Shown here in pieces: positions 20,627-30,832 of a stretch of DNA of 61,148 nt (positions are counted from its first letter, which is position 1; every line of letters begins with the position of its first letter). The translations under genes and the position numbers were made by a program. Origin of the DNA: an uncultured candidate division Zixibacteria bacterium (GTDB taxonomy: Bacteria > Zixibacteria > MSB-5A5 > UBA10806). The stretch spans positions 1 to 61,148 of the forward strand of contig CAWFQL010000007.1 in the NCBI GenBank assembly GCA_963817915.1. Direction: 5' to 3'. The notes below the pieces were generated by a model. It saw only the letters and a program-made list of their open reading frames with translations, had not been told where the DNA came from and searched no databases.

Positions 20627-21787
20627 TTGGATAAACAAGGTAGAATAAGCCGCAGAGAACGGCAGAAGCTTTATGGCGACCTGAAAACTTGGATCGCGCT
20701 TGTTCTGGCTATAGTTGTATTTGCCCTTATCATCGATCGACTGGGCGAATTCAAAGTAGGTGCGATTATCAGACCATCGGAGTTCGGCAAGATCAATTAT
20801 GCCAAATACTCGTCATTGGCCGATTCGACTATTATTAAGACAATCGGCTCGTTTCAGCTGGCCGATTCGCCGAAGATCGATATTCCCGACGTTAATTCTG
20901 ATTCCGGCCTTAAGAACTTTCCATATCAACGAATAACCCAATCATGGCCGAAAGGTATTGCATTTATCTATTTCGTCAGGGAGCTGCGCGAATTGGCATC
21001 CAAATCCGGAATGAACTGCGATTGCGTGGAATCCGAGGATAACGAAAAGCTCGACTGCGATATCTTGAAAAACAGTACCATAGTTTCTAATGTCTCACTG
21101 ACCTCAAGCGAAAACATAAGGCTATTGAACCGCAAAGTCGCGATAATATTCGAAAATCTGGCCAGATTAAATGAAGGCGATCTTCTTCAAATAATAAATA
21201 GCGGGCTAAAATTCAGTTATATTTCCACGCCCGATATTTTTCCATCGGACGAGATAAAACGGATAATGTCCAATGGCGGCGTGAACACTATTATCACTGT
21301 TCCGGGCAATAAAAAAGAATGGATACAAATAGCCCCGCAAATTATTGGCGAATCCGGGGCATCCAATATTATCGATGTCGCCTTATTCGGCGAACTGCTC
21401 GATAAATACCCGGGCCCTACCGCCATCGAATTCAATCCTGAAAATGGCCTTGATACGCTGGTTGTCAGCCAGATTATAGAAGGATCGAGAAGAAAAAATC
21501 TGGCCTATCTTTATTCCAATAGCGTCCCAGATCTCGCCGACAGCCTTGCCTATTTGATGGGTATGAGGGTAATACGACTGGAGATGTTTCTGGCGGGTCA
21601 GGGATTTTCATTTGAAGACATTGAAGAAAAGATATTGAACCCAGGAGATGAAAGCGCCTTATGCTTGCGGATTAACCTTAATTCAGTATCAGTAATAAAT
21701 CTGCTGAGCTTCAAGAGCAGATGCGACAACTTAGGGATTAAGTTGGTATCATTTATAGAATTGGCTAGACCTTTAGAATCATTGTAG
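20627..21787 (+). CDS. membrane-anchored protein, possibly a degenerate divergent polysaccharide deacetylase
   Basis: Single N-terminal TM. KVAIIFENL is reminiscent of the AIIIDD motif and the C-terminus GIKLVSF resembles the family, but catalytic residues are not evident. Confidence 0.5.
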   Translation: MDKQGRISRRERQKLYGDLKTWIALVLAIVVFALIIDRLGEFKVGAIIRPSEFGKINYAKYSSLADSTIIKTIGSFQLADSPKIDIPDVNSDSGLKNFPYQRITQSWPKGIAFIYFVRELRELASKSGMNCDCVESEDNEKLDCDILKNSTIVSNVSLTSSENIRLLNRKVAIIFENLARLNEGDLLQIINSGLKFSYISTPDIFPSDEIKRIMSNGGVNTIITVPGNKKEWIQIAPQIIGESGASNIIDVALFGELLDKYPGPTAIEFNPENGLDTLVVSQIIEGSRRKNLAYLYSNSVPDLADSLAYLMGMRVIRLEMFLAGQGFSFEDIEEKILNPGDESALCLRINLNSVSVINLLSFKSRCDNLGIKLVSFIELARPLESL

Positions 21788-22021
21788 TGGGTTGATATGG
21801 AGTTGGCAAAACGATGCGCACTTTAGGTCGGGAAGCCTTTGCTCAATAAATGTCTGATCATTGAGCCAGACATGGAATCTTGAGGCAAGCTGTCTTGGTG
21901 TCAAGTCCTCTTGCCATCCGATTTCGAAGTAATCGATGACCTTTTCACCAATCTGAGCGTCCTTCATTTGCAGGCTGAATTTTACCAACATATTAATTAG
22001 GTCGGCATATACCAAAATTTC

Positions 22022-22050
22022 TTGACAAGTTATTATCAGATATCTATATT
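22022..22050 (+). promoter_or_regulatory. sigma70 promoter of the giant surface-protein gene
   Basis: TTGACA-N17-TATATT, about 195 nt upstream of ATG 22245. Confidence 0.75.
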
Positions 22051-22244
22051 AAGGCGGTAAGTATTAACCGCTTAATTTCTTGGGGTTCCAGGAAATCAGC
22101 AGGCCGAAAGGCCAACCCCAAGCCTTCAGAAAAAAATCTTCTTCGCAAGCGCACGAATAAAACGTGTGTTTAGGATTTGAGTTTAAACGAAAATGGGCAG
22201 GTTCTAATAATTCATCACGTAGTTTCGCTTTGAGGGCAGGCACT

Positions 22245-25200
22245 ATGGCGAAAATTGCTAACGGTTTTGTTACGTCGCTTTTACTACTGAAAATTTTTAT
22301 AATTTCAAATGTGGCATTAGCCGATGTTGTGTCTAAAAAATATGACGGCCCCTATCCCGTGAATGAGACGTGGATTGAAAGCAGCAGCGGGCCCTATCTT
22401 CAAATCAACGGCGTTACGGTTCAGCCGATGGCCAATGAGTCATCGGATGTCCTGGTAACTCTCGGGGCCGCGCCTCAGACATGGTCTCTTCTCAAAGAAT
22501 ATACGCCTTGGATAGACGTAAACAGATTCGGAATTTATCTGGATCTTGGAGTCGGCCATAATCAGACACTGATATTCCGGGGTCCCAATAGCGAGGGTTT
22601 TTCCGCTACGACCAACGTGGCCGCTGGAACAACTACAGGACTGTGGCTTTTGAATGATTGCAATGGCGATACAATTTACAATGGCCAGGATTCATATCTT
22701 TTTAGCCAGCGGAGCCTGACTAGAGGCTCATATTCCTGCGAACATCAATGGTTTATGGTCTACGATGTTCGAGCCTATAGAGGCAGTTATGCCGATTATA
22801 ATTTCATAACGCCGACCGAAGATTATCGAATGAATGGCGATTATGACTATTTGGTTTATATTGATGATGATCATACTACAGCTAATTTTGATCACAATGA
22901 CATGATTTTGGGAGTGAAGTGCAACAGCGCCCCCGTCGTTTCCTGCCCGGGCGACACGGCGTTTTCTGTTTGCAATCTCAACCAAATTTGTATTCCGGGA
23001 TTCAACTATGCCGATCCCGAGGGAAACATAGTATCCGTAACAGTGTCATTGGGAACGCTTACCGGCAATACCGTATGTTTTGCACCGACAGGAAGCGGAA
23101 ATTATCCCATAACTTTGATTGCCACAGATTCAGGTGGTTTGGCCGATACCTGCACAGCCAATATCAATGTATCAGTCAATAGGCCGCCTGTCGTCTCCTG
23201 CCCGGGACAAGGCAACCTTACGACATGTGATTTATATATGACGGTCTGTGATTATGGTGAGATTTGTTTGCCGGGATTCACATATAGCGATCCGGACAAT
23301 AATATTACTTCCGTCCTGGCAATTGGCGGTACGCTAAGAAGCGATTCGATGTGTTTTGTGCCGGTTGAGGGTGTTAATACGCTCAAATTAATTGTTGGCG
23401 ATGCTTGCGGCGCGGCCGATACATGCATTACTACAGTCGGTATAACTTTGAATCGTGCGCCAGTAGTGACTACTCCGGCAGATACGGCAATTACTGTCTG
23501 CAATCTTAATCAGATCTGCCTGCCGGGATTTTCGGTTACCGATCTCGATAATAATATAGTATCCACCAATATTACGGGTGGAACATTAAATGGCAATTCG
23601 GTCTGCCTCACCCCTGTTGCCGGAATCAATACAATAACTATTATAGCAGTTGACGCCTGCGGCAAGGCGGATACCGGAATTACTCACGTAAATGTGTCTT
23701 TGAATAGTTTCCCCGTAGCTACATGTCCCGGAAGCAGGACGATGGTAGTCAGCAATTTGAATTCTATTTGTATCTCCGGATTCAGTTGTGCAGATCCCGA
23801 TAATAATATTGCGTCTATTCAGGCGGTCGGCGGAGTTTTGCATGGTGATTCTATCTGTTTTACGCCTGTATTGGGGATCAACAATATAGGGATTATTGGA
23901 ACTGATGCCTGCGGATTGGCCGATACCTGTATGACTCAAGTTACGGTTGTTCAGGCGTTATCATTGTCATTAATTGGTGGAAACGCGCCCGAGTTTACGG
24001 AGGAGTTGGCTGATTCATTTGTAGTGCAGATATCCGGCGGTGATCAGGGAAGCCTTGCCTATGCGATATCATTTATCGGACACGCTGGGGCTCCGAGTAG
24101 ATACACCAATTCTTATGCATATCCAAATATCAAAAATGTGATGACTTTCGACTACCTCGGTGAATTTTCTTCTGCCAATTCGCCATTCGGATATAAAATA
24201 ATTGTTCATGATACCTATTCGGCGGACACGCTTGATCTATCATTGATAGTGCACGATAATAATCGCCAGCCGAATATCGCGCCTTTGGCGGATACTTCTA
24301 TAATCATCGGTCAGGCATTATCCTTTAATGTGACTGCAACCGACCCCGATTTGGACAATACATTAACTTTGACGAAGACATTGGGACCGGGAAGCTTCTC
24401 ATCGGTTCCCGGATTCTCACCTGTCAACGGCACATTCTCGTGGACACCATCACCAGCGGATGGCGGCGTTCATGCTGTAGCATTCAGTGTGGCCGATGGA
24501 CGCGGAGGATTGGCAACTCGGAGCATGCAGATAACAGTACTGCAGAATCAGCCGCCGATTATTCATATTCTCAATTTGCCGGTTGATTCGACATATAATT
24601 TCACGGAAGAACGGCCCGATTCGATAATAATTATAGCCAACGACCCTGAGAATGCCCCGGTGACATTCGCGTTTACATTCCCCAATGAGAGCGGATACCC
24701 GAGTCGTTTCAGTTCTACGACGAATGGCGATTCGCTTATATTGCATTTGACGTTTGATTTCCTGGGCACCTGGTCGAATATAGATTCGCCCTTTGAAGCT
24801 AATATTGTGGCGCATGATCCATATGGATCATCCACGGCCCATTTCAGCATAGCTGTTGCCGATTCCAATAGAGTTCCCGGAATTACTTCGATCAATGACA
24901 CGACTATATTTGCCGGATCAACACTGGCATTCGCAGTAACAGGGTCTGATCTTGATTCAGACAATATAATATCACTAAGCAAGACAAGCGGTCCCGGTAC
25001 GTTTAATTCGCTTCCGGGCTATCCTCCCGTGACAGGCAACTATAGCTGGACAACATCGAATATCGATGTCGGTTCGCATCAGGTTATGTTCCATGTGGGC
25101 GATGGCAGGGGCGGATACGCCAATGACAATGTTAATGTCACCGTAGTTCCATCAGGAATTAACCTGACTTTGATCAATGGTAATCCGCCGGTGTTTACAG

Positions 25201-27770
25201 AAGAGATTGCCGATTCGTTTATGGTTGATCTTGGCGGATTTGACCCGGCCAGCCTTGCCATAGCCGGTACTTTCACCGGTCATACAGGTTCACCCGCACG
25301 TTATTCCGCTACTCTTAGCGGCAATAGCATCAAGGTAAGAATAACATTCGATTATTTGGGAGAATTTTCTTCTGCTCACTCGCCATTTGCTTTTAGATTG
25401 ATCGCGCACGATAATTTTTCGAGTGATACGCTCAATGTCTCGCTGACGGTTCATGATAATAATCGCGCACCGGATATAAATGTATTCCCGTCCTACGCCT
25501 TCCAAATCGATCACCTGACCAGCTTTGCAGTTGTCGTCAATGATCTGGATACGGATAATTTATTACATTTGGTTAAGGTATCGGGGCCGGGGACATTCTC
25601 AGAAGCAAATGGAGCTCCGCCTATTTCGAGCTTATTTAGCTGGACTCCAACTGATGCAGATCTACCCAATTCGCCGTATACAATTGTATTCGCCGCGACT
25701 GATGGCGCTGGCGGTCACGATACGGCAAATGTCGTAATTACGATTCTCCCTGATGGTGTACCTGTTCTTCAGATATTATACCAGCCTCAGAATTTCCGCG
25801 AAGGGATTCAGGATTCCTTGGTATTTACGGCAAACGATCCGGATGGAGATCCGATTGCGGGTCTGAGCTACAAATTTCTTGGTCCCGATTCGACATTCCC
25901 CGGAGCAAGCTTCACTTACGCTAACAACATCGGAAAAATCAGATTAACATTCGATTATAACGGCATATGGTCGTCGGCTCATTCACCATTTGGATTAAGA
26001 TTGATGGCCTGGTCGACAACTTCCCTTGCAGGAATCGATTCGACACATTTAGATGTGCCGATAACGGTGTTCAATACCAATAGACAGCCGAATCTGATTG
26101 TCGCCGGACCTCATTCTGTTTTCGCCGGAAACAGTGTTGGATTAACATTGATGGCAAACGATCCGGATACCGATGATAATATTTCTCTGACAGCGTCCAA
26201 CCTTCCGTCTGGCTCTTCTTTTATAGATAATGGCAGCGGCAATGGAATGTTTAACTGGAATCCTGCAAATTCCGATGTCGGGGCACATGAATTCAGATTC
26301 TTTGCCAATGACGGAAAAGGGACCGCTAACAGCATAGACACAGTATTTTGGCCGTTGCAGGTTAATCCTCAGGATACCGGCGGATCGTCTACAAATGGTC
26401 TGGTCATAGGCTGCACTTCTGCCGCCCCGGGAACCCACGTGCTAGTTCCGGTTTATCTTCAGGCTCCCAATTTTTATACAGGCGGATTCGAAGTTTTGAT
26501 TGGAACCGATCCAACAGTATTAACAGCCGACAGCATCATTTGGGGTTCGCGAATTAACTATGGCAATGAATATCACTACTGGAATCATCACGCCGAGGGA
26601 CCCGGAACCGATAGATTTGTCTGGTTAGCAAATATATCCGATGGTCAATATACGCCGCCTGCGGGCCCCGGCAATGATGTCATATTCTGGATTCGTTACA
26701 GAGTTGCCGCTGGTGAGTATTTATTCGGAACACATGTACCCATACAGTTTATCATTAATGATTATACCGACAACACGATTTCGGATTCGACCGGATATAT
26801 ATTCGTGCGTCCGCCGTTCCTAACACTTACGGAAGGCTGTGTTGATGTTGTCAGTCCCGCGGAATATCTGGGCGATCCCAATATGAATTGTCAACTATAC
26901 GAGATCGCCGACGTGGTCTTGGTGGCTCGCCGTTTGGTTAATAGCTACTCGGTCTGGAGCGAAGACGACGCCATGGGCGATACTCCGCCGGGTTGCGGCA
27001 GACATTATTCAGGAAACGATCCTCTTCAAGAAGCGGCTTCAGACTTAAATCACAACAATTATGTCGATGTCGCTGACCTGGTTCGCTTCATAAATATTAT
27101 CAATGGTTATGCCGATCCGCCTCCCGGAAAAATCGACCCGGCTTCATTGAAGGCCAGTATTTCGATATCCGAAAATTTCGGTAATAATATCGAGATTAAG
27201 CTTATGTCGAATACCGATATCGCCGGAGCGATGATAACTATCAATCATCCCGGTATCGAGCTCGGTACGCCGACCGCCCCGGACGGAATGGATATTATGT
27301 CCAGCGACTCGGATGGAGTTTTGAAGGTATTGATCTATTCGTTAGAATTGAATAGTATTCATTCAGGAAATTCCACTTTATTTACTATTTCCAAATCCGG
27401 CGATGGCGAACTGTCGTTCGGCGAACTCTCGGCCTCGGATTTGAATGGACAATTGATTCCTATTACACAGAGATTAGAAGCGCAATTGCCTCTGTCGACA
27501 TCACTGGAATCGAATTTCCCGAATCCATTTAATCCCTCGACCAAGATTAAATTCTCGCTGGCTGACGGTGGAAATACATCGCTGATTATTTATGATATCG
27601 CGGGCCGCAAGGTTTGCGACCTGGCCGGTGGTTATATGGAAGCCGGTTATCATGAGTTGGTCTGGAACGGCCGGACGTCCTCCAATGACGAAGTCGCCAG
27701 CGGTGTCTATTTTGCAAGATTGATTCATGACAGGTACGATAAGATCATCAAAATGTCGTTGATTAAATAG
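22245..27770 (+). CDS. giant secreted modular protein: DUF4114-like domain, 4 Cys-rich Ig-like repeats, alternating cadherin/Ig-like repeats, cohesin-like, dockerin, FlgD-Ig/T9SS-type C-terminal domain
   Basis: Signal peptide; IDDDHTTANFDHNDM; repeats PVVSCP...ADTC x4 and FTEE..DSF...FDYLG..SS..SPF / DPD.DN...GPG...WTP x4; GDPNMN...SDLNHNNYVDVADLV; NFPNPFNPST...SGVYFARL. Confidence 0.85.
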   Translation: MAKIANGFVTSLLLLKIFIISNVALADVVSKKYDGPYPVNETWIESSSGPYLQINGVTVQPMANESSDVLVTLGAAPQTWSLLKEYTPWIDVNRFGIYLDLGVGHNQTLIFRGPNSEGFSATTNVAAGTTTGLWLLNDCNGDTIYNGQDSYLFSQRSLTRGSYSCEHQWFMVYDVRAYRGSYADYNFITPTEDYRMNGDYDYLVYIDDDHTTANFDHNDMILGVKCNSAPVVSCPGDTAFSVCNLNQICIPGFNYADPEGNIVSVTVSLGTLTGNTVCFAPTGSGNYPITLIATDSGGLADTCTANINVSVNRPPVVSCPGQGNLTTCDLYMTVCDYGEICLPGFTYSDPDNNITSVLAIGGTLRSDSMCFVPVEGVNTLKLIVGDACGAADTCITTVGITLNRAPVVTTPADTAITVCNLNQICLPGFSVTDLDNNIVSTNITGGTLNGNSVCLTPVAGINTITIIAVDACGKADTGITHVNVSLNSFPVATCPGSRTMVVSNLNSICISGFSCADPDNNIASIQAVGGVLHGDSICFTPVLGINNIGIIGTDACGLADTCMTQVTVVQALSLSLIGGNAPEFTEELADSFVVQISGGDQGSLAYAISFIGHAGAPSRYTNSYAYPNIKNVMTFDYLGEFSSANSPFGYKIIVHDTYSADTLDLSLIVHDNNRQPNIAPLADTSIIIGQALSFNVTATDPDLDNTLTLTKTLGPGSFSSVPGFSPVNGTFSWTPSPADGGVHAVAFSVADGRGGLATRSMQITVLQNQPPIIHILNLPVDSTYNFTEERPDSIIIIANDPENAPVTFAFTFPNESGYPSRFSSTTNGDSLILHLTFDFLGTWSNIDSPFEANIVAHDPYGSSTAHFSIAVADSNRVPGITSINDTTIFAGSTLAFAVTGSDLDSDNIISLSKTSGPGTFNSLPGYPPVTGNYSWTTSNIDVGSHQVMFHVGDGRGGYANDNVNVTVVPSGINLTLINGNPPVFTEEIADSFMVDLGGFDPASLAIAGTFTGHTGSPARYSATLSGNSIKVRITFDYLGEFSSAHSPFAFRLIAHDNFSSDTLNVSLTVHDNNRAPDINVFPSYAFQIDHLTSFAVVVNDLDTDNLLHLVKVSGPGTFSEANGAPPISSLFSWTPTDADLPNSPYTIVFAATDGAGGHDTANVVITILPDGVPVLQILYQPQNFREGIQDSLVFTANDPDGDPIAGLSYKFLGPDSTFPGASFTYANNIGKIRLTFDYNGIWSSAHSPFGLRLMAWSTTSLAGIDSTHLDVPITVFNTNRQPNLIVAGPHSVFAGNSVGLTLMANDPDTDDNISLTASNLPSGSSFIDNGSGNGMFNWNPANSDVGAHEFRFFANDGKGTANSIDTVFWPLQVNPQDTGGSSTNGLVIGCTSAAPGTHVLVPVYLQAPNFYTGGFEVLIGTDPTVLTADSIIWGSRINYGNEYHYWNHHAEGPGTDRFVWLANISDGQYTPPAGPGNDVIFWIRYRVAAGEYLFGTHVPIQFIINDYTDNTISDSTGYIFVRPPFLTLTEGCVDVVSPAEYLGDPNMNCQLYEIADVVLVARRLVNSYSVWSEDDAMGDTPPGCGRHYSGNDPLQEAASDLNHNNYVDVADLVRFINIINGYADPPPGKIDPASLKASISISENFGNNIEIKLMSNTDIAGAMITINHPGIELGTPTAPDGMDIMSSDSDGVLKVLIYSLELNSIHSGNSTLFTISKSGDGELSFGELSASDLNGQLIPITQRLEAQLPLSTSLESNFPNPFNPSTKIKFSLADGGNTSLIIYDIAGRKVCDLAGGYMEAGYHELVWNGRTSSNDEVASGVYFARLIHDRYDKIIKMSLIK

Positions 27771-27775
27771 GTGCC

Positions 27776-27824
27776 AAATGGTTTCTTTCTCACATGAAGA
27801 GGTCATTGGATAAAGAAACCATTT
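27776..27824. terminator. 13-bp inverted repeat downstream of the giant gene (terminator or stability hairpin)
   Basis: AAATGGTTTCTTT ... AAAGAAACCATTT. Confidence 0.5.
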
Positions 27825-27906
27825 TAGATTTCGATAAAGTCATTAGTGGCTCATCCGGGGGCTGCAAAAACGCGCCCCTATTGGATTCAGTGGAGATTGG
27901 CAGGTA

Positions 27907-29724
27907 ATGAAAAAATCAGTACTAAAATTAATCGCACCAGCGTTTGCCATTATGGTATTGGCCCACGCGACGACTTCGCTGGGCTCCGAGCCGCAATCGC
28001 ATAAGACTATCGATATTTCTTCGAGAGACAAGGCATCGCATCCAATTTTATTGAGACAGGGATTGAATCCCAACGATCAGATTCGCCTTCTTGATTCGCC
28101 GGGCCTCGGCATTGGAAGAACTTATTTCGATATGCAGACCAACGGTTCGGCCGGAAATAGAATCGCAGTGGACGCGCTCGGCGGTATTCATTACTGCTGG
28201 ATCGGCGCGGCTACTCCCTCGTTGGATACGCGCGGAATTTGGTATGGCTATCGCGCCGCTAATAGCGATTCTCTGCCGGGATTTCAAATCAGCAACAACG
28301 CCTTATCCGGCTTTGGCACGATTGGCATTCTGAACGGTGCCTCGATTCCGGGCCTGGCCAACTCCGCGGTGCTCGGATTCCATAGCGCTTCCGCGAATCT
28401 GGTGCGGCTCGCCATAGACTCATCGATGGCGGAAGGCCGTTTCGAATTTGACATGAATGGTTTTCCATCGGGCGCGGGCGAATGTATCTGGCCCACCATA
28501 TCGGTTGATATTAATGACAATATTCATGCCGTAGCGACTCAATCTAATTCTGAAGATGGCATGTTGCGATACAATGTCTATTCTCATCGCTCAAGTATTT
28601 CCGGCTCGGCCTGGTCGGATCCGACAATTTTCGATTCTACATTTACGATATCAGCCAATGTGACATCATCCAAAATTTCCGGCAAATCCGCTGTTGTCTG
28701 GACCTCGCCGATACATCAGGATGATAATCAATTCGATAACGATGTCGTCTTTGTGGAATCAGCCGATGGCCAAACCTGGGATTTCATAGATGGAAAGATG
28801 AATGTCACTAATTACTCCGCGACTGCTATCGGAGATACGACCTTCAGGGCTTATACCGATCTCGACGCGGTTTATGATGCTAACGACAATCTCCATATTA
28901 TCTGGAATGCTCCAAGAGTTACGAGGGACGCGCAGGACAATTTAGAAGTTCTGTATCAAACCGGGCTTTATCATTGGTCACAGGCTACCGGAATCACGCC
29001 GATTTATTTGGATTCCACGACCGAGTGGGTCTGCGACATGGGAGCCTGGAATCTGCCGATTTCCAAGATGTCGATCGGAGTGGATGCCGACTCCAATTTC
29101 CTCTACACGGTTTTCACGAAATATGAGCCGACCGATTATTCTCATTTTGGATTGGGCGAGACCAATCCCTGCGGCGGCGATAACGCCATGCCATGCTGTA
29201 ACGGCGAGCTATACATGTGCTATTCACGCGATGGCGGGCTGACCTGGTCAACTCCGGTTAATATCACCAATAGTGCCACCCCCGATTGTACAGCCGGAAA
29301 TTGCGATAACGATAACTGGTCCAGCCTGGCCGAGGTTGTTGATAATTATCTTCATATTATATATATCGATGACAAGGACGCCGGCAGCGCTGTTCTGGGC
29401 GAAGGCGATATTACATCGAATCCGGTCATCTATCTGAAATATTCAAACCCGACAAGGACTTTAGGTGGATGCGAATATGTTGTCGGCGATATCAATAATA
29501 GCGGCACTACAAACGGCCTTGATGTTACTTATGGAGTTAATTTCTTCAAGGGCGGCGCGGTTCCCCCGTATTCTTGTCAATGCGCTGAGCATGGCGAATT
29601 CTATGTGGCCGGCGATGTCAATGCCAGTTGCAGTTTCAATGGTATAGATATTACCTATTTGGTCAATTATTTCAAGGGCGGTGCGGCATTGATAGCTTGC
29701 CCCGATTGCCCGCCGATACAATAG
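27907..29724 (+). CDS. secreted BNR/Asp-box beta-propeller protein with a C-terminal dockerin
   Basis: Signal peptide, Asp-boxes SADGQTW and SRDGGLTW, and duplicated GDINNSGTTNGLDVTYGVNFFKGG / GDVNASCSFNGIDITYLVNYFKGG. Confidence 0.85.
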   Translation: MKKSVLKLIAPAFAIMVLAHATTSLGSEPQSHKTIDISSRDKASHPILLRQGLNPNDQIRLLDSPGLGIGRTYFDMQTNGSAGNRIAVDALGGIHYCWIGAATPSLDTRGIWYGYRAANSDSLPGFQISNNALSGFGTIGILNGASIPGLANSAVLGFHSASANLVRLAIDSSMAEGRFEFDMNGFPSGAGECIWPTISVDINDNIHAVATQSNSEDGMLRYNVYSHRSSISGSAWSDPTIFDSTFTISANVTSSKISGKSAVVWTSPIHQDDNQFDNDVVFVESADGQTWDFIDGKMNVTNYSATAIGDTTFRAYTDLDAVYDANDNLHIIWNAPRVTRDAQDNLEVLYQTGLYHWSQATGITPIYLDSTTEWVCDMGAWNLPISKMSIGVDADSNFLYTVFTKYEPTDYSHFGLGETNPCGGDNAMPCCNGELYMCYSRDGGLTWSTPVNITNSATPDCTAGNCDNDNWSSLAEVVDNYLHIIYIDDKDAGSAVLGEGDITSNPVIYLKYSNPTRTLGGCEYVVGDINNSGTTNGLDVTYGVNFFKGGAVPPYSCQCAEHGEFYVAGDVNASCSFNGIDITYLVNYFKGGAALIACPDCPPIQ

Positions 29725-29799
29725 CATAATTTTATATAAATTCATTATTTCGGGAATATGAATATCGCCCGATTGTATTATATTCCAAGGGGAGGGACG

Positions 29800-30558
29800 A
29801 TGCGGCAGGATTATATTAAAAATAATGCAAAACATATCATCCTAATTTTTTTATCCATTTGCGTGTTTCCGTTTCCATCTTTTTCCTCTGAGTATGATAG
29901 TACGGAAGTTCAGAAACAGGTAGTCGATACAATCATTCACCGATTTCAGATGACTCGTTGGGAAGGAATACGGATTAATGTCGATAAAGACGGCAAAGTC
30001 GGATATATATCCCGTATCGTAGGAAATACGGGAATAACATCATCAGATCTAATTGAAGGTACATTTCAATTCCTCGAAAAGAATCGCGATTTATTCGACA
30101 TTGAAAATCCGAGACTTGAATTTGTATTTGAAAGAATCGATACAAGCTATGGCCACACAGGCAAAGAAATAAATGTCGGTCTAAGTCAAGTCGAGAATGG
30201 AATAGAATTCCTCTATCATTTTTCAGGGTTCAGGGCAAATTTTCAGCCCGACAGCGCTGGAAATTATAAACTATATAGTATATTTGCATCGATTTATCCC
30301 GAAGCCAGAACAATAAATCCCAAACCGACTATTAGCGCTGAGATGGCGAAAGAAATTGCCCTGAATGATTCAGTGAATATTGGATGCGACCCGAAAGTAG
30401 CTAGAGAACCTACGCTTTGTTTCTGCAAATTTGACGAATGCATTTATTTAGCGTGGGAAACTTTAATTTTGGGCAAGGTAGGACTTTGCGGCGGAACATA
30501 TCTTATTGATGCTCATTCAGGGAACATCCTTAAAGGATACGGCGGCAATATACAATAA
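29800..30558 (+). CDS. exported FTP/PepSY propeptide-like protein without a peptidase domain
   Basis: GGGAGGG RBS and signal peptide; FLEKNRDLFDI, QVENGIE, PTISAEMAKEIA, LAW and YLIDAHSGNIL. No HExxH. Confidence 0.65.
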   Translation: MRQDYIKNNAKHIILIFLSICVFPFPSFSSEYDSTEVQKQVVDTIIHRFQMTRWEGIRINVDKDGKVGYISRIVGNTGITSSDLIEGTFQFLEKNRDLFDIENPRLEFVFERIDTSYGHTGKEINVGLSQVENGIEFLYHFSGFRANFQPDSAGNYKLYSIFASIYPEARTINPKPTISAEMAKEIALNDSVNIGCDPKVAREPTLCFCKFDECIYLAWETLILGKVGLCGGTYLIDAHSGNILKGYGGNIQ

Positions 30559-30704
30559 ATTAGCACTTACCAGAGAGTAGTCTGCTCAATAAATATTTAT
30601 AGACATAGCGGAAATCCTGACATTCCGCTACATTGTCACAATCTCCAAAACTATTGACACGAGCAACCAAGGCGATTATTTTGCGTATAGTAGGTTGCTG
30701 GATA

Positions 30705-30726
30705 GTGGTCAGGTCTCCGCACCTGA
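30705..30726 (+). repeat. REP-like palindrome (GGTCTCCGCACC family)
   Basis: GTGGTCAGGTCTCCGCACCTGA matches the elements at 49201-49263 and 50078-50139. Confidence 0.55.
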
Positions 30727-30832
30727 TAAAATAGACTGTCATTTCTCGCGGAAATGACCACTGACGGGTCGGATTCGACACCATGGAATGAAATTTTGGT
30801 TAATCAGTTGGTATTATTGAAGCGAGGTCAAT

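Noticed and set aside
21779..22015. 78-aa minus-strand ORF
   Set aside because: No RBS or recognisable motif. It cannot be excluded but is unsupported.
22078..22125. SRP RNA or c-di-GMP riboswitch
   Set aside because: It lacks the SRP CAGG-NCC-GGAA-GG-AAGCAG arrangement and the GEMM GGCAAA...GACGCAAA consensus. Kept only as an unknown leader structure.
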